Shown: positions 19,048-28,544, counted from the first letter of the stretch. The stretch: DNA of 64,000 nt from an uncultured bacterium (GCA_963696395.1 CAVOJZ010000002.1:134433-198432); one strand, 5' to 3'. Notes: generated by a model from the letters alone, not told the origin. Numbers and translations are program-made.

Positions 19048-19981
19048 GTTCAATAGCTTGTAATCAGTTCGGCGATTTTTTCTTGCGGCGTTTTCATGTC
19101 GAGCCCCATGTGGGGCCGTTCGGTATTGTAGTAGTGGAGATATTCCGGCAGTTCCTTTTTCCACAATGAAAGGTCGCGGGGCACTCGCTTGATATATTCA
19201 TCTTGGATCGTGCGGTTGAACCGCTCAAGGTGGGCATTGTCGTTCGGCGTGCGGATCCGCGAATGGCGATGGGAAAGGCCACGCGCCACGAGCTGCTTGG
19301 TGAACCATTTTGAAAACTCTGATCCGTGATCCGACTGGATCGTTTGAAAGGCAAAGGGTGATGCAATCTGCCCGTATTGCACGAAGGAGAGGCTGCGATG
19401 GGTATTGATCCGCAAGGATGGGATCGCATATGCCCAGCGCGTGCAGACATCGATGAGCGTGTAGAGATACAGCTGGTTGCCCGAGGGACCCACATGCACG
19501 GTGTCGATTTCGACGAGCACACCTGGTTTTTCAGGCAGTGGTCGCGGCGGGTACGTGTGCCACTTCTTCCATTTCGAGGGATACGTGAGATGATAGCGCC
19601 GCAACGTCCGCTTGACCGATGAGAGGGAGACCGCAACGCCATCGCGCGTGAGCATCATATGGAGCACCTCAGCGCATCGATGATATTTTTCACGATATGC
19701 GAGGATGGCATCAACCACATCTTCTGAAAGTTCACGTGGATGATGATGTGGTTTTGATGACCGCGTGGGGATGATCCGCGCCATGCGGTTTGCAGGTGCC
19801 CGCTTCATCCATTGGACGATCGCCCCCTGGGAGAAGCCAAGATGCCGCGCGACCTTTCTCGTCGACCATCCTGACCGCACCAAACGCACTGCCTCCATGC
19901 GGACATGGGGCAACTGCTCGTTATTTGAATATGCCATATCCATAGCTTGAATCACTCAGGGGTGATTACAAGCTATTGAAC
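19048..19981 (-). mobile_element. IS481-family insertion sequence
   Basis: Perfect 19-bp inverted repeat GTTCAATAGCTTGTAATCA at 19048-19066 and 19963-19981, enclosing a transposase. Confidence 0.85.
19050..19955 (-). CDS. IS481-like DDE transposase (HTH plus rve core)
   Basis: Motifs VEIDT, QSDHGSEF, NAHLERFNRT, YNTERPH. The start may be a downstream ATG. Confidence 0.92.
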   Translation of the reverse strand: MIQAMDMAYSNNEQLPHVRMEAVRLVRSGWSTRKVARHLGFSQGAIVQWMKRAPANRMARIIPTRSSKPHHHPRELSEDVVDAILAYREKYHRCAEVLHMMLTRDGVAVSLSSVKRTLRRYHLTYPSKWKKWHTYPPRPLPEKPGVLVEIDTVHVGPSGNQLYLYTLIDVCTRWAYAIPSLRINTHRSLSFVQYGQIASPFAFQTIQSDHGSEFSKWFTKQLVARGLSHRHSRIRTPNDNAHLERFNRTIQDEYIKRVPRDLSLWKKELPEYLHYYNTERPHMGLDMKTPQEKIAELITSY

Positions 19982-19993
19982 CATTACGCTTAA

Positions 19994-20022
19994 TTGACAT
20001 TCTCTCGATAAGGTGGTATAAA
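19994..20022 (+). promoter_or_regulatory. sigma70 promoter
   Basis: TTGACA-17-TATAAA. Confidence 0.65.
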
Positions 20023-20059
20023 TGCCAATAGTGGTTATTTTGAAATTAAGGAGCATGTA

Positions 20060-20389
20060 ATGCGAAAGCCCCCGCCTGTAAACTTCGACAACTTCCCAAC
20101 CAAGGATCCTTCCCCCGAACTGTATTTTCAGATGAACGAAGAAAGAGCGATCTTGGAAGATGTCGTCTCTAAGGTGCTCACCAAGAGAGAACGAATTGTT
20201 TTCTCCCGGAGAAAGGCGCTTTTCAACGAGGGTGTCGACGCCATGAGAGAGATCGCTCGAGATCTCCACATCAGCATCGAAAAAGCTGACGAAATCATGG
20301 ATCACGCAGAAAGAAAGATCGCAAAGCATTTCAAACGGATCAAGAGCCCTCTTGCCGTGCAGTTCCCGCTCAAAACGAAAACCGCCTAG
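20060..20389 (+). CDS. stand-alone sigma70 region 4-like HTH protein
   Basis: Segment LTKRERIVF..MREIARDLHIS..AERKI. Confidence 0.6.
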   Translation: MRKPPPVNFDNFPTKDPSPELYFQMNEERAILEDVVSKVLTKRERIVFSRRKALFNEGVDAMREIARDLHISIEKADEIMDHAERKIAKHFKRIKSPLAVQFPLKTKTA

Positions 20390-20415
20390 GAGCACTTGAG
20401 CTTATCGTTCTCTCC

Positions 20416-20452
20416 AACCACCCCGCGTGCAAGTCGCGTGGTGGTTTTTTAT
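20416..20452 (+). terminator. intrinsic terminator-like hairpin
   Basis: AACCACC..GGTGGTT stem followed by a T run, between convergent genes. Confidence 0.55.
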
Positions 20453-21900
20453 TTGCCTTTCGGCCGCATGAGCGGGAAGAACACCGTCTCGCGAACCGGC
20501 TTATCCATCAAGATGGCGAACACGCGCTCCGACATTCCGAAACCGGCGGTCGGCGGCATTCCATATTCCAAGGCTTTCAAAAAATCATCGTCGAGATGCA
20601 TCGCTTCCAAGTCCCCTTTCTCGCGAAGCTTCATTTGCGCTTCGAATCGCTGGCGCTGATCTTGCGGATCGTTCAGCTCGGAATAGCCATTGCCAAGCTC
20701 GCTGCCGCACGCCACAATCTGGAACCGATCGGCAACCTCCGGATTTTCCGGAGATGCCTTGGAAAGCGGTGAAACAATGAGTGGGTGTCCAACCAGGAAG
20801 CATGGCTCGATAAGTTTGGGGCGAACGGTCTTCTTATAGATAAGGTCAATCAAGCGTCCTTTTTGCAATCCCTTCTCGGGAGCAAGTCCCAATTCTTTTG
20901 CTTTCGAAAAAAGCTCTTCGTGGGTAGCAGTGGTTGGATCAAGACCGGCTTCTTTCTTGAATGCCTTCACGTAATCAACCTCCGGCCACGGTTTGTCCCA
21001 GTCAATGTGATAACCGAATGAAGCGGTTTTCAAACCGCCTGTTGTCCGCTCGATTACAAACTTCAGCATTTTCTGCGTGAGCGTCATCATGTCCCGGCAA
21101 TCGTGATATGCCCAATAGCATTCCATGAACGTGAAGTCCTGCAGATGCTCGCGGTCAATCCCCTCATTCCTAAAGACACGGCCGATTTCAAAAATCTTTT
21201 CGAACCCTCCGGTGACCAATTTTTTCAATTGAAGCTCAAGCGAAATGCGGAGGAAAAATTCCGTATCAAGCGCATTGTGATGCGTGCGAAACGGCTCCGC
21301 TTCGGCGCCGCCGGCCATGGATTCGAGCACGCTCGTTTCTACTTCCAGAAATCCCTCGTTCTCCAAGAACTCACGGACGCTCGTCCAGAAAATCGCTTTT
21401 TTTACAAAAAGATCCTTCACTTCAGGATGAGCGATGAGGTCGAGATATCGCTCGCGCAAGCGTGTCTCGATATCTTCCAAACCTTCCCACTTGTCCGGCA
21501 ATGGGGTGAGCGACTTTGAGGCCATCTGCACGTGGTGCGCCTCAATGCTTCGTTCGCCGCGCTTTGTCACAAAAAGCGGCCCGGTGGCGGAAATAAAATC
21601 ACCGATATCAATCACTGAGCGCCAGAACTCCAAATCTTTTAACTCTTCTCCTTTGAATACAACCTGAATTTTTCCCCGACCGTCTTCAAGATCCGCAAAC
21701 ATGATCTTCCCCTGGTCGCGCAGGTTTCGGATTCGCCCCACGAGCGAGATGCTTTCTTTGCTCTTTTCAATCTCGCTGAAATGATCGAGTGCGTGCGAAA
21801 TCGAGAAGCTCCGCTTTACGCGAGCCGGATACGGGTCAAGCTTTGCCTTTCGGATAACCTCAAGCTTTTTACGTCGTTCTGCGAGAAGATCTTCGAGCAT
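20449..21900 (-). CDS. lysS: lysyl-tRNA synthetase (class II)
   Basis: Motifs RERYLDLI, FRNEGID, YGMPPTAGFG. Confidence 0.97.
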   Translation of the reverse strand: MLEDLLAERRKKLEVIRKAKLDPYPARVKRSFSISHALDHFSEIEKSKESISLVGRIRNLRDQGKIMFADLEDGRGKIQVVFKGEELKDLEFWRSVIDIGDFISATGPLFVTKRGERSIEAHHVQMASKSLTPLPDKWEGLEDIETRLRERYLDLIAHPEVKDLFVKKAIFWTSVREFLENEGFLEVETSVLESMAGGAEAEPFRTHHNALDTEFFLRISLELQLKKLVTGGFEKIFEIGRVFRNEGIDREHLQDFTFMECYWAYHDCRDMMTLTQKMLKFVIERTTGGLKTASFGYHIDWDKPWPEVDYVKAFKKEAGLDPTTATHEELFSKAKELGLAPEKGLQKGRLIDLIYKKTVRPKLIEPCFLVGHPLIVSPLSKASPENPEVADRFQIVACGSELGNGYSELNDPQDQRQRFEAQMKLREKGDLEAMHLDDDFLKALEYGMPPTAGFGMSERVFAILMDKPVRETVFFPLMRPKGK

Positions 21901-21904
21901 GGAT

Positions 21905-22657
21905 TTATAAATAATTTACGGGTATGCTTCCGAATTTTGTCTTAGTGATGACGACGTGATCAAGCAAGCCGATACCAAGAATTTCTCCGGCTTTCACAAT
22001 TTGTTCGGTAATTGCGATATCGGCATCGCTCGCTTTAGCGATACCCGATGGATGGTTGTGAGCCAGGATAACCGCTGACGCAGAGTATTCAAGCGCCGGA
22101 CGAAACACTTCGCGTGGGTGAATAATATTTGAAGTCAAACTCCCGATGGAAATCACTTCGTCGTGAATCAACCGATAATGGTTATCAAGATACAATCCTC
22201 GCAGATGCTCTTTTGGAAGATCGCGCATATCTTTTAAGTATTCAAAGACCTGACTCGCGGTGCGAATAGTAATCGGCTTCCGGATGTCAGCGTTCTTGAA
22301 AAAACGCCTTCCAAGTTCAAAACATGCAACAAGCTGACATGACTTTACGAGCGGAATTCCAAGGGCCTGTTGAACTTTTTTTGGATCTTTTTGATGAATA
22401 ATCGCGTTGCTGCCATACTCTTTCAATAACCGTCGCGACATCGTAAGAACTTCCTCCTTTTTTGTTCCGACATTCAGGACAAGCGCGAGTAATTCCTCAA
22501 GGGTAAGAACCTGAGGCCCGTATTTCATAAGCTTCTCGCGAGGTTTTTCGTTTGCGGGTAAATCGCGAAGTTTTAAAACATATTCCTTGTCTTCATCAAG
22601 AATGGCGTCACCGGATTTTTGAAAATATAATTGTTCCATTCGATACTTGGTTATCAT
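21905..22657 (-). CDS. radC: RadC/JAB-domain protein
   Basis: Motifs KPREKL, HPREVF, AHNHPSG, LLDHVV. Start uncertain. Confidence 0.93.
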   Translation of the reverse strand: MITKYRMEQLYFQKSGDAILDEDKEYVLKLRDLPANEKPREKLMKYGPQVLTLEELLALVLNVGTKKEEVLTMSRRLLKEYGSNAIIHQKDPKKVQQALGIPLVKSCQLVACFELGRRFFKNADIRKPITIRTASQVFEYLKDMRDLPKEHLRGLYLDNHYRLIHDEVISIGSLTSNIIHPREVFRPALEYSASAVILAHNHPSGIAKASDADIAITEQIVKAGEILGIGLLDHVVITKTKFGSIPVNYL

Positions 22658-22659
22658 TT

Positions 22660-24777
22660 TTATAGTATACCAGATGCAACAACATCAGGCTGTATTGAGG
22701 GCAACAGGCGAATCACAAAGGAACTCCCTTCGCCAATAACACTGGTTACGCTGATCGTCCCACCGTGCAATTCAATGATCTCCCGGCAAATATTTAGCCC
22801 AAGCCCGTTCCCTCGAACTCCGCTCCCCGGTATTCGATAAAATCGTTCGAAAAGATGAGGTATGTTTTCTGCTGAGATGCCAGCTCCGGTATCTCGGACA
22901 ATAATTTCCACAAAATCGCCATTTCTTTGCGCTGAAAGCGTTATCTCACCGCCGGCTTTCGTGTGTTTCAGGGCGTTACTCATAAGATTTAGTACAACCT
23001 CTTTTATCTTCCGTTTATCCCCGACAATTGGAGCGACATTAACCGAACACGACACCCTGACCCTCTTCGCTTCAGTAAGCGCGAAGCAATCTTCATAAAC
23101 GTCGCGCACCAATTCTCCCACATCGAACCGCTCTTTCTGAAATTTATTTTTAGAAAAATTTAATCTCGCAGTTTCCAAAAAATTTGAGACCAAATGCGAC
23201 ATGCCATCCAACGTATCCCGCATGACACGCAACGAGCTTCCCATATGCTGCGCCGGACTACTCTCGGCCAGCTCCAAATTCCCTTCAAGGATCGCTATAG
23301 GTGTCTGAAGTTCATGGGAAATATCCACTAAAAATTGCTCCTGAGTGCGATACACTTCCCTTATCTCCTTCGTTCTTGAGGCAACAATATTTTCCAACTC
23401 TTCATTGTTTTTGCGTATCGATTCATATAGTCGGGCGTTATCGATAGCCATCCCCGCTTGATGTGAAAGAATCGACAACAACGCAATATCTTTTGGCCTC
23501 AGAATATCGCCTGACAATTTCTTGCCCAACAATAATGTGCCTATGATCGTTTCTTTTACAAGAAATGGGACAGCTGCAGAGAAGTCGCGCTTTTCGAGCG
23601 CACAGGATAATCGGGAGTCTTCCCGAGATGCGTTCGTTTCTGCGGCCTGGGCGAGAATTATTTTCTTTGACGCAGGAATCCCGGCGTCAACGATTTCTGC
23701 ATAAAAATCGATAATTGGCTTATCATCCCGCAAATCTCGCTGATGAATAAAGAATGTTGGTGCATCTGCATGGTTGATCAGGAAAAATACCTTCGCTGGC
23801 TTAATGGTTTTGATTAAAAAATCGTCAATCGCTACTACGAGTGCATTGAGCTCAATGGTGGAGCTTAGGACGGGACCAAGTGAGCGAACAGCCTCAGCGT
23901 AGTCGTAATCAGCTCGGAAAAAAATCCGATCCGTGACCTTGGTAAAAACATTTTTAAGCCACGCAAACAATATAAAGCCGATCGTCGCCGCAACAATATC
24001 AACGACTTCATCGTTATAATAAAATTTCTCGATAATAAATTCGAAACTAAAGAAAAAAAGCGCTGCGAGAACAATAATGGCAAAATAAACAACGCTCCGC
24101 TTAATAATGACTTCGATGTCCAAAAATTTGTGCTGAACGATTGCGTATGCCGCGCAGACAACAAACGCGATAGACGACAAAGGTCCAATTGTGTTAAAAG
24201 AAAAAACCTTGAAGGCCGGAAACACGACGTCGCAAAGAAGTGCGGTGCAGAAAAATACAACGGCGCCAAACAAAAAATATCTCGCTTGAACACGACGAAT
24301 TCCCTGACTTCGGGCAACTGTTCTACCTAGATAATAAAATCCGGTGAAAACATAACCAATCATCACCATAGCAAATAGTGGAAACCATTGCCCATTTTCT
24401 GGGCGGATGTAACCGTGATTATTGAAATTAATGCTGCTTATAAATACATGGAATGGTGTAAGAACTACGATACCAACCCATGGAAGCAAGAACAAAAGCG
24501 ACCTTGATCGCAGATCGTCATTTGGAAATGTCCGCGCAAATACCGTGAATCCCAAGACAGCCAATTCGCCACACAACAAGGAAATGGTTGCGAAAATAAA
24601 CTTGCTGGTCGCAACAAGAGACATCATTCCGAATATCCATCCGGCGATCCCGATGGCTATAATAAAAAACGCCCGGTGAATGATGCTTCTCGGATTTTTG
24701 TAAAGCACATAACTTCCAATTGCGGCATTGAGTGATCCAACTATCACGTTCAATCCGGCGAGTACAATCATATTCAT
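22660..24777 (-). CDS. multi-TM, GAF-containing sensor histidine kinase
   Basis: H-box SHELQTP, N-box NLMSNALK, and motifs DTGAGI and GNGLGL. Confidence 0.92.
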   Translation of the reverse strand: MNMIVLAGLNVIVGSLNAAIGSYVLYKNPRSIIHRAFFIIAIGIAGWIFGMMSLVATSKFIFATISLLCGELAVLGFTVFARTFPNDDLRSRSLLFLLPWVGIVVLTPFHVFISSINFNNHGYIRPENGQWFPLFAMVMIGYVFTGFYYLGRTVARSQGIRRVQARYFLFGAVVFFCTALLCDVVFPAFKVFSFNTIGPLSSIAFVVCAAYAIVQHKFLDIEVIIKRSVVYFAIIVLAALFFFSFEFIIEKFYYNDEVVDIVAATIGFILFAWLKNVFTKVTDRIFFRADYDYAEAVRSLGPVLSSTIELNALVVAIDDFLIKTIKPAKVFFLINHADAPTFFIHQRDLRDDKPIIDFYAEIVDAGIPASKKIILAQAAETNASREDSRLSCALEKRDFSAAVPFLVKETIIGTLLLGKKLSGDILRPKDIALLSILSHQAGMAIDNARLYESIRKNNEELENIVASRTKEIREVYRTQEQFLVDISHELQTPIAILEGNLELAESSPAQHMGSSLRVMRDTLDGMSHLVSNFLETARLNFSKNKFQKERFDVGELVRDVYEDCFALTEAKRVRVSCSVNVAPIVGDKRKIKEVVLNLMSNALKHTKAGGEITLSAQRNGDFVEIIVRDTGAGISAENIPHLFERFYRIPGSGVRGNGLGLNICREIIELHGGTISVTSVIGEGSSFVIRLLPSIQPDVVASGIL

Positions 24778-25111
24778 TTCTTAACTGGTATTACACATTA
24801 ATGATACGGCATGCTTTCCGCGTACAAATCATAGATGATCGCTTGCGAGACTGTTTTTTAACTTTTGTGATAAGGCATTATTTTCACCTCATAAAAACGT
24901 CATTGCTAGCGCCGATCTTTAGCTATCGCACCTTTTCAATTGACAATAATTTTGCTGCCAATTCAATTGGCACACTGTCAAAAACCACACTTGAAATCGA
25001 ATACCCGTGACCCCAGCATGGCATTTGGCCAATTATAAGTGTATAAGACGAAGATTAAAAAATGATTAACTGTGATTTGACGAGGTAGTTTCTTGCGCTA
25101 TCATAATAATC

Positions 25112-25190
25112 GGACGGGAGATCTGTAGGAACTACGGATTATATTCTCCGCTTGGTACAAAAACAGCCGCCTCGTGCGGCTGTTTTTGTT
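25112..25190 (+). ncRNA. candidate small RNA complementary to the downstream tRNA-like gene
   Basis: Promoter-like TTGACG..TATCAT upstream, hairpin ATCTGTAG-GAA-CTACGGAT, 14-nt complement to 25279-25292, and a terminator. Confidence 0.45.
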
Positions 25191-25192
25191 TT
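25157..25192 (+). terminator. intrinsic terminator (bidirectional form)
   Basis: ACAAAAACAGCCGC-CTCGT-GCGGCTGTTTTTGT. Confidence 0.8.
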
Positions 25193-25245
25193 AATTTTAA
25201 ATAAATTTAATCTGATCAATCTATCATCAGACCGCCTGTGGAAAC

Positions 25246-25317
25246 GGGCCCGTCGTTCATGCAGTAGGATCCCGTCTTTACCAAGCGGAGAAGCGGGTGC
25301 AAGTCCCGCCGGGTCCA
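25246..25317 (+). tRNA. non-canonical tRNA-like gene (TAC at the anticodon position, Ala-type G3.U70 acceptor)
   Basis: 72-nt cloverleaf; D-loop lacks GG, T-loop is TGCAAGT, and position 37 is C. Confidence 0.7.
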
Positions 25318-25331
25318 CAGGCAAGCAAAGA

Positions 25332-26399
25332 TTATAAAATCACTCCCCCTCCCAGCATCTCCCCAGCTTCCGAATACCAGACAGCCGATTGGCCTGGCGC
25401 AACAAATTTTTGTGGAGCGGCGAATTGCAAAGCATAATTGCCATTTTCAAGGCGTGACAGCACCGCCCGGGAAACGGGTTGGCGATAACGAACGCGGGCA
25501 AAAACAATGAGTTCACTTTCGGAGGGCGCAGCATTAATAAAATTCACTCCGGCAAGTTCGACGCTGCTTCGATAGAGCGCTTCGTTTTCATCCCCTTCGG
25601 CAAGCACCACGGTGTTTGTTGCCGCATCTTTTGAGGCGACATACATCGGCTGGCGTTCGCGCGAACCGACTTTCGGAAACCGAAAGTCGGCATTAATATG
25701 CCGCTGGCCAATCGTATAGAACTCGGCACCGAAATGCTCTCCAATGTTTTCACCTGCAGTTGTAAGGAGTGCCCCTCGTTTTTCCGGAATATAATCCTTC
25801 AGAAAATCATCAATCGAAACCTGCCCTAAAAAGCAGATCCCTTGGGAATCCTTCTTTTCTGCCGTCGGCAAATTTGCCGCGCGGGCCATTTCACGCACAA
25901 CGGGCTTCTTGAAATCTCCGATCGGGAACAGGCAATGTGCGAGCTGGCTTTGTGTGAGCGTCCACAAAAAATATGACTGATCCTTGTTTGTGTCATCCGC
26001 CGCAAAAAGCGAATACATTCCATCGTGCGATGCAAGCTTCACATAATGCCCGGTTGCAACATAGTCCGCTCCCGATTCAATCGCCTTTTCGAGAAATAAC
26101 CCGAATTTGATTTCGCGGTTGCACATCACATCTGGATTCGGCGTGATCCCATGGCGATATCCTTCAACCATATATTCAACCACGCGCTTTTTGTAGGCCT
26201 CTTCAAAATCCCAAACATAAAACGGCACGCCGATGTGCTCCGCAACGCGGCGGGCATCCTCGGCGTCCCGTTCGGCGCAACCGTCCACGTTGTAGCAACG
26301 CATAAACACACCCACGACGTCGTAGCCGCGTTCCTTAAGCAATAATGCAGTGACGGAGCTATCAACTCCGCCGGACATGCCGACAAATACTTTCTTCAT
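25332..26399 (-). CDS. mnmA: tRNA 2-thiouridine(34) synthase
   Basis: Motifs SGGVDS, PNPDVMCN, KDQSYFL, DSQGICF, APGQ. Confidence 0.97.
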   Translation of the reverse strand: MKKVFVGMSGGVDSSVTALLLKERGYDVVGVFMRCYNVDGCAERDAEDARRVAEHIGVPFYVWDFEEAYKKRVVEYMVEGYRHGITPNPDVMCNREIKFGLFLEKAIESGADYVATGHYVKLASHDGMYSLFAADDTNKDQSYFLWTLTQSQLAHCLFPIGDFKKPVVREMARAANLPTAEKKDSQGICFLGQVSIDDFLKDYIPEKRGALLTTAGENIGEHFGAEFYTIGQRHINADFRFPKVGSRERQPMYVASKDAATNTVVLAEGDENEALYRSSVELAGVNFINAAPSESELIVFARVRYRQPVSRAVLSRLENGNYALQFAAPQKFVAPGQSAVWYSEAGEMLGGGVIL

Positions 26400-26487
26400 C
26401 GAAAATAGTATGCCAGAACCTGCGACTTCTGTCACCTCTGCGGGTCGCGCTTGACAATATATAAGCAAATGCTAATATCTTTATATT

Positions 26488-27105
26488 ATGGATTATTCAA
26501 AACCGGCGGATGCGACGAGGATACAAAAAACGATCGAAGCGCTCAAGACGCATGGTTTTGATGCAGAACTCGCAGAAACACGACAGGATGCGCTCGCACG
26601 GATTAAGGGGCTTATCCCGGAAGGCGCGAGCGTCATGACCGGAAGTTCAACCACGCTGAACGAAATCGGCTTCACGGATTATCTCAAAGCCGGCAAACAC
26701 GGCTGGAATAACCTGAAAGAATCCATAGCTCAAGAAAAGGATCCCGTCCGACAGGGTGCTCTCCGCAAGCAGGCGGTTCTCGCGGAATATTTTCTTGGCA
26801 GTGTTCATGCCGTTACGGAAACCGGCGAACTGGTAACCGCATCCGGTTCCGGCAGTCAACTCCCCTCCTATGCCTATACAAGCCCTAATGTCATCTGGGC
26901 GGTTGGAACACAAAAGATCGTCCCGAATCTCGACGAAGCGATAAAACGAATCCGTGAATATACGTTCCCGCTTGAAGACGCTCGCATGAAAAGCGTTGGC
27001 GCAAAAGGCAGCAATCTTTCAAAAATACTTATTCAAAACAACGAGGCCTCGTTTACGGGCAGAAAGTTGAGATTGATTTTTATCAACGAAAAACTTGGAT
27101 TCTAA
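26488..27105 (+). CDS. LUD (lactate utilization) domain protein
   Basis: Motifs GSSTTL, AVTETGELV and VGTQKIVPNLDEA. Confidence 0.85.
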   Translation: MDYSKPADATRIQKTIEALKTHGFDAELAETRQDALARIKGLIPEGASVMTGSSTTLNEIGFTDYLKAGKHGWNNLKESIAQEKDPVRQGALRKQAVLAEYFLGSVHAVTETGELVTASGSGSQLPSYAYTSPNVIWAVGTQKIVPNLDEAIKRIREYTFPLEDARMKSVGAKGSNLSKILIQNNEASFTGRKLRLIFINEKLGF

Positions 27106-27115
27106 GCCTTGCGCT

Positions 27116-27679
27116 TTATACCCGCTCCACGTAATCGCCGGTCTGCGTATTGATGCGAATGGTTTCGCCTTCGTTCACGAACAACGGGACGTTCACCTTT
27201 GCACCACCTTCGATGGTCACCGACTTGGTTCCGCCTTGTGCGGTGTTGCCCTTCGTTGACGGAGGAGCTTCGATCACTTTGAAATCCATTTTCACCGGGA
27301 TATCAATCTTGATGACTTTGTCATTAAAAACCATGGTCTGCACTTTGGTGTTCGGCTTCAGAAACTGGCCCTGCTCGCCAACAAGTTCCGCACTCAACGA
27401 AAAACGATTCTTGGGATTCCCCTCTTCGTGGAACCAATATTCGCCTTTGCTCGCGTAGATAAACATCGCGCTCTGCTTGCTGATTTCCGCTTCTTCAAAC
27501 GAATCGCTGGCCTGGAAATTGCGGTCTAAAAGTTTACCGGTGATCAAATTCCGGATTCTGGTTTGTACAACAGCTTTGCGCTGTTGCATGCGCAAAAAGT
27601 GCGTTTCGATAACTTCATAGGGCGCGCCGTCCATGATGAATAAAACGCCTTTGGTGAGATCGGTATATGCGAGTGCCAT
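27116..27679 (-). CDS. efp: elongation factor P
   Basis: Motifs KGNTA and VPLFVNEGE..INT.TG.YVER. Confidence 0.95.
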   Translation of the reverse strand: MALAYTDLTKGVLFIMDGAPYEVIETHFLRMQQRKAVVQTRIRNLITGKLLDRNFQASDSFEEAEISKQSAMFIYASKGEYWFHEEGNPKNRFSLSAELVGEQGQFLKPNTKVQTMVFNDKVIKIDIPVKMDFKVIEAPPSTKGNTAQGGTKSVTIEGGAKVNVPLFVNEGETIRINTQTGDYVERV

Positions 27680-27773
27680 AACGAATACGATTATAGCATA
27701 TAAAAAAATATCGGCAACCGGATACGGAAAACCAAAAACCGCCCTTATTCAAGGCGGCTTCCGAGAAAACAGA

Positions 27774-28094
27774 TTAGTTTTCGTTGAGTCCGGGATCCCG
27801 ATCCGTCGGGCGTTCGGCGCGAGGAGCGCGCGAGCCGCCTTCCGGCTCTTCGATCTTGAGATTCACGCGGGCGTTATTCTTAACGCCGACGATCCGCAAA
27901 AGCGACCGGATGGATTTTGCAGTCATGCCCTGACGGCCGACCACCTGACCCATATCCATCGGATTCACGTGCAACGAGAGCAACACTCCCATCTCGTCAA
28001 CCTTGCGGTCAACTTTCACATCATCCGGATGGTCCACGAGTGATTTTACCAAATACTCGAGGAATTCCTGATCCGCTGAAGATGAATTCGCCAT
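27774..28094 (-). CDS. khpA: KH-domain RNA-binding protein
   Basis: Motifs LVDHPDDV and DMGQVVGRQG; lies downstream of rpsP. Confidence 0.9.
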   Translation of the reverse strand: MANSSSADQEFLEYLVKSLVDHPDDVKVDRKVDEMGVLLSLHVNPMDMGQVVGRQGMTAKSIRSLLRIVGVKNNARVNLKIEEPEGGSRAPRAERPTDRDPGLNEN

Positions 28095-28196
28095 AGAATT
28101 TCAGTATTTCTAACGACCTTTCAATCGGTTTATGTGAAGACAGTATAACCCATATTTGACCAACTGTCAAGTCCCCGTTTTAGGGCTCACCTTATA

Positions 28197-28544
28197 CTAC
28201 GCAGCAGGAGTGGTTTCAGTTGCACCCTCAGCCGGAGCGGCTGTTTTTGGTGCTTCCGCCTCTGGAGCCTTTGCTTCTGGCTTATTCATTTTTACAGCAA
28301 CTTTGGTGCCTGCCACCACCTTTTGCTCGACGAGCAGGTTGTGGACGGAAACCGTGGGCTGGGCACCCATCTTGATCCAATAGGAAATACGCTCCTTATT
28401 GAGAGAAGAGGTTTTCGTGAAAGGATTATATGATCCGAGATCCTCCACCGGGGGTCCCGCCATCTTTGAACGCCGTTCGGCAACAACAAACCGATAGCTC
28501 GGCTGATGCTTCTTGCCTACGCGTTGTAACTTGATTGCCAACAT
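28197..28544 (-). CDS. rpsP: 30S ribosomal protein S16
   Basis: Motifs IKLQRVGKKHQPSYRFVVA and GAQPT. Confidence 0.97.
   Translation of the reverse strand: MLAIKLQRVGKKHQPSYRFVVAERRSKMAGPPVEDLGSYNPFTKTSSLNKERISYWIKMGAQPTVSVHNLLVEQKVVAGTKVAVKMNKPEAKAPEAEAPKTAAPAEGATETTPAA

Noticed and set aside
25246-25317. Standard one-piece tmRNA (ssrA)
   Set aside because: The ends are tmRNA-like, but only 72 nt separate them and no tag reading frame was found. Kept as a tRNA-like gene.
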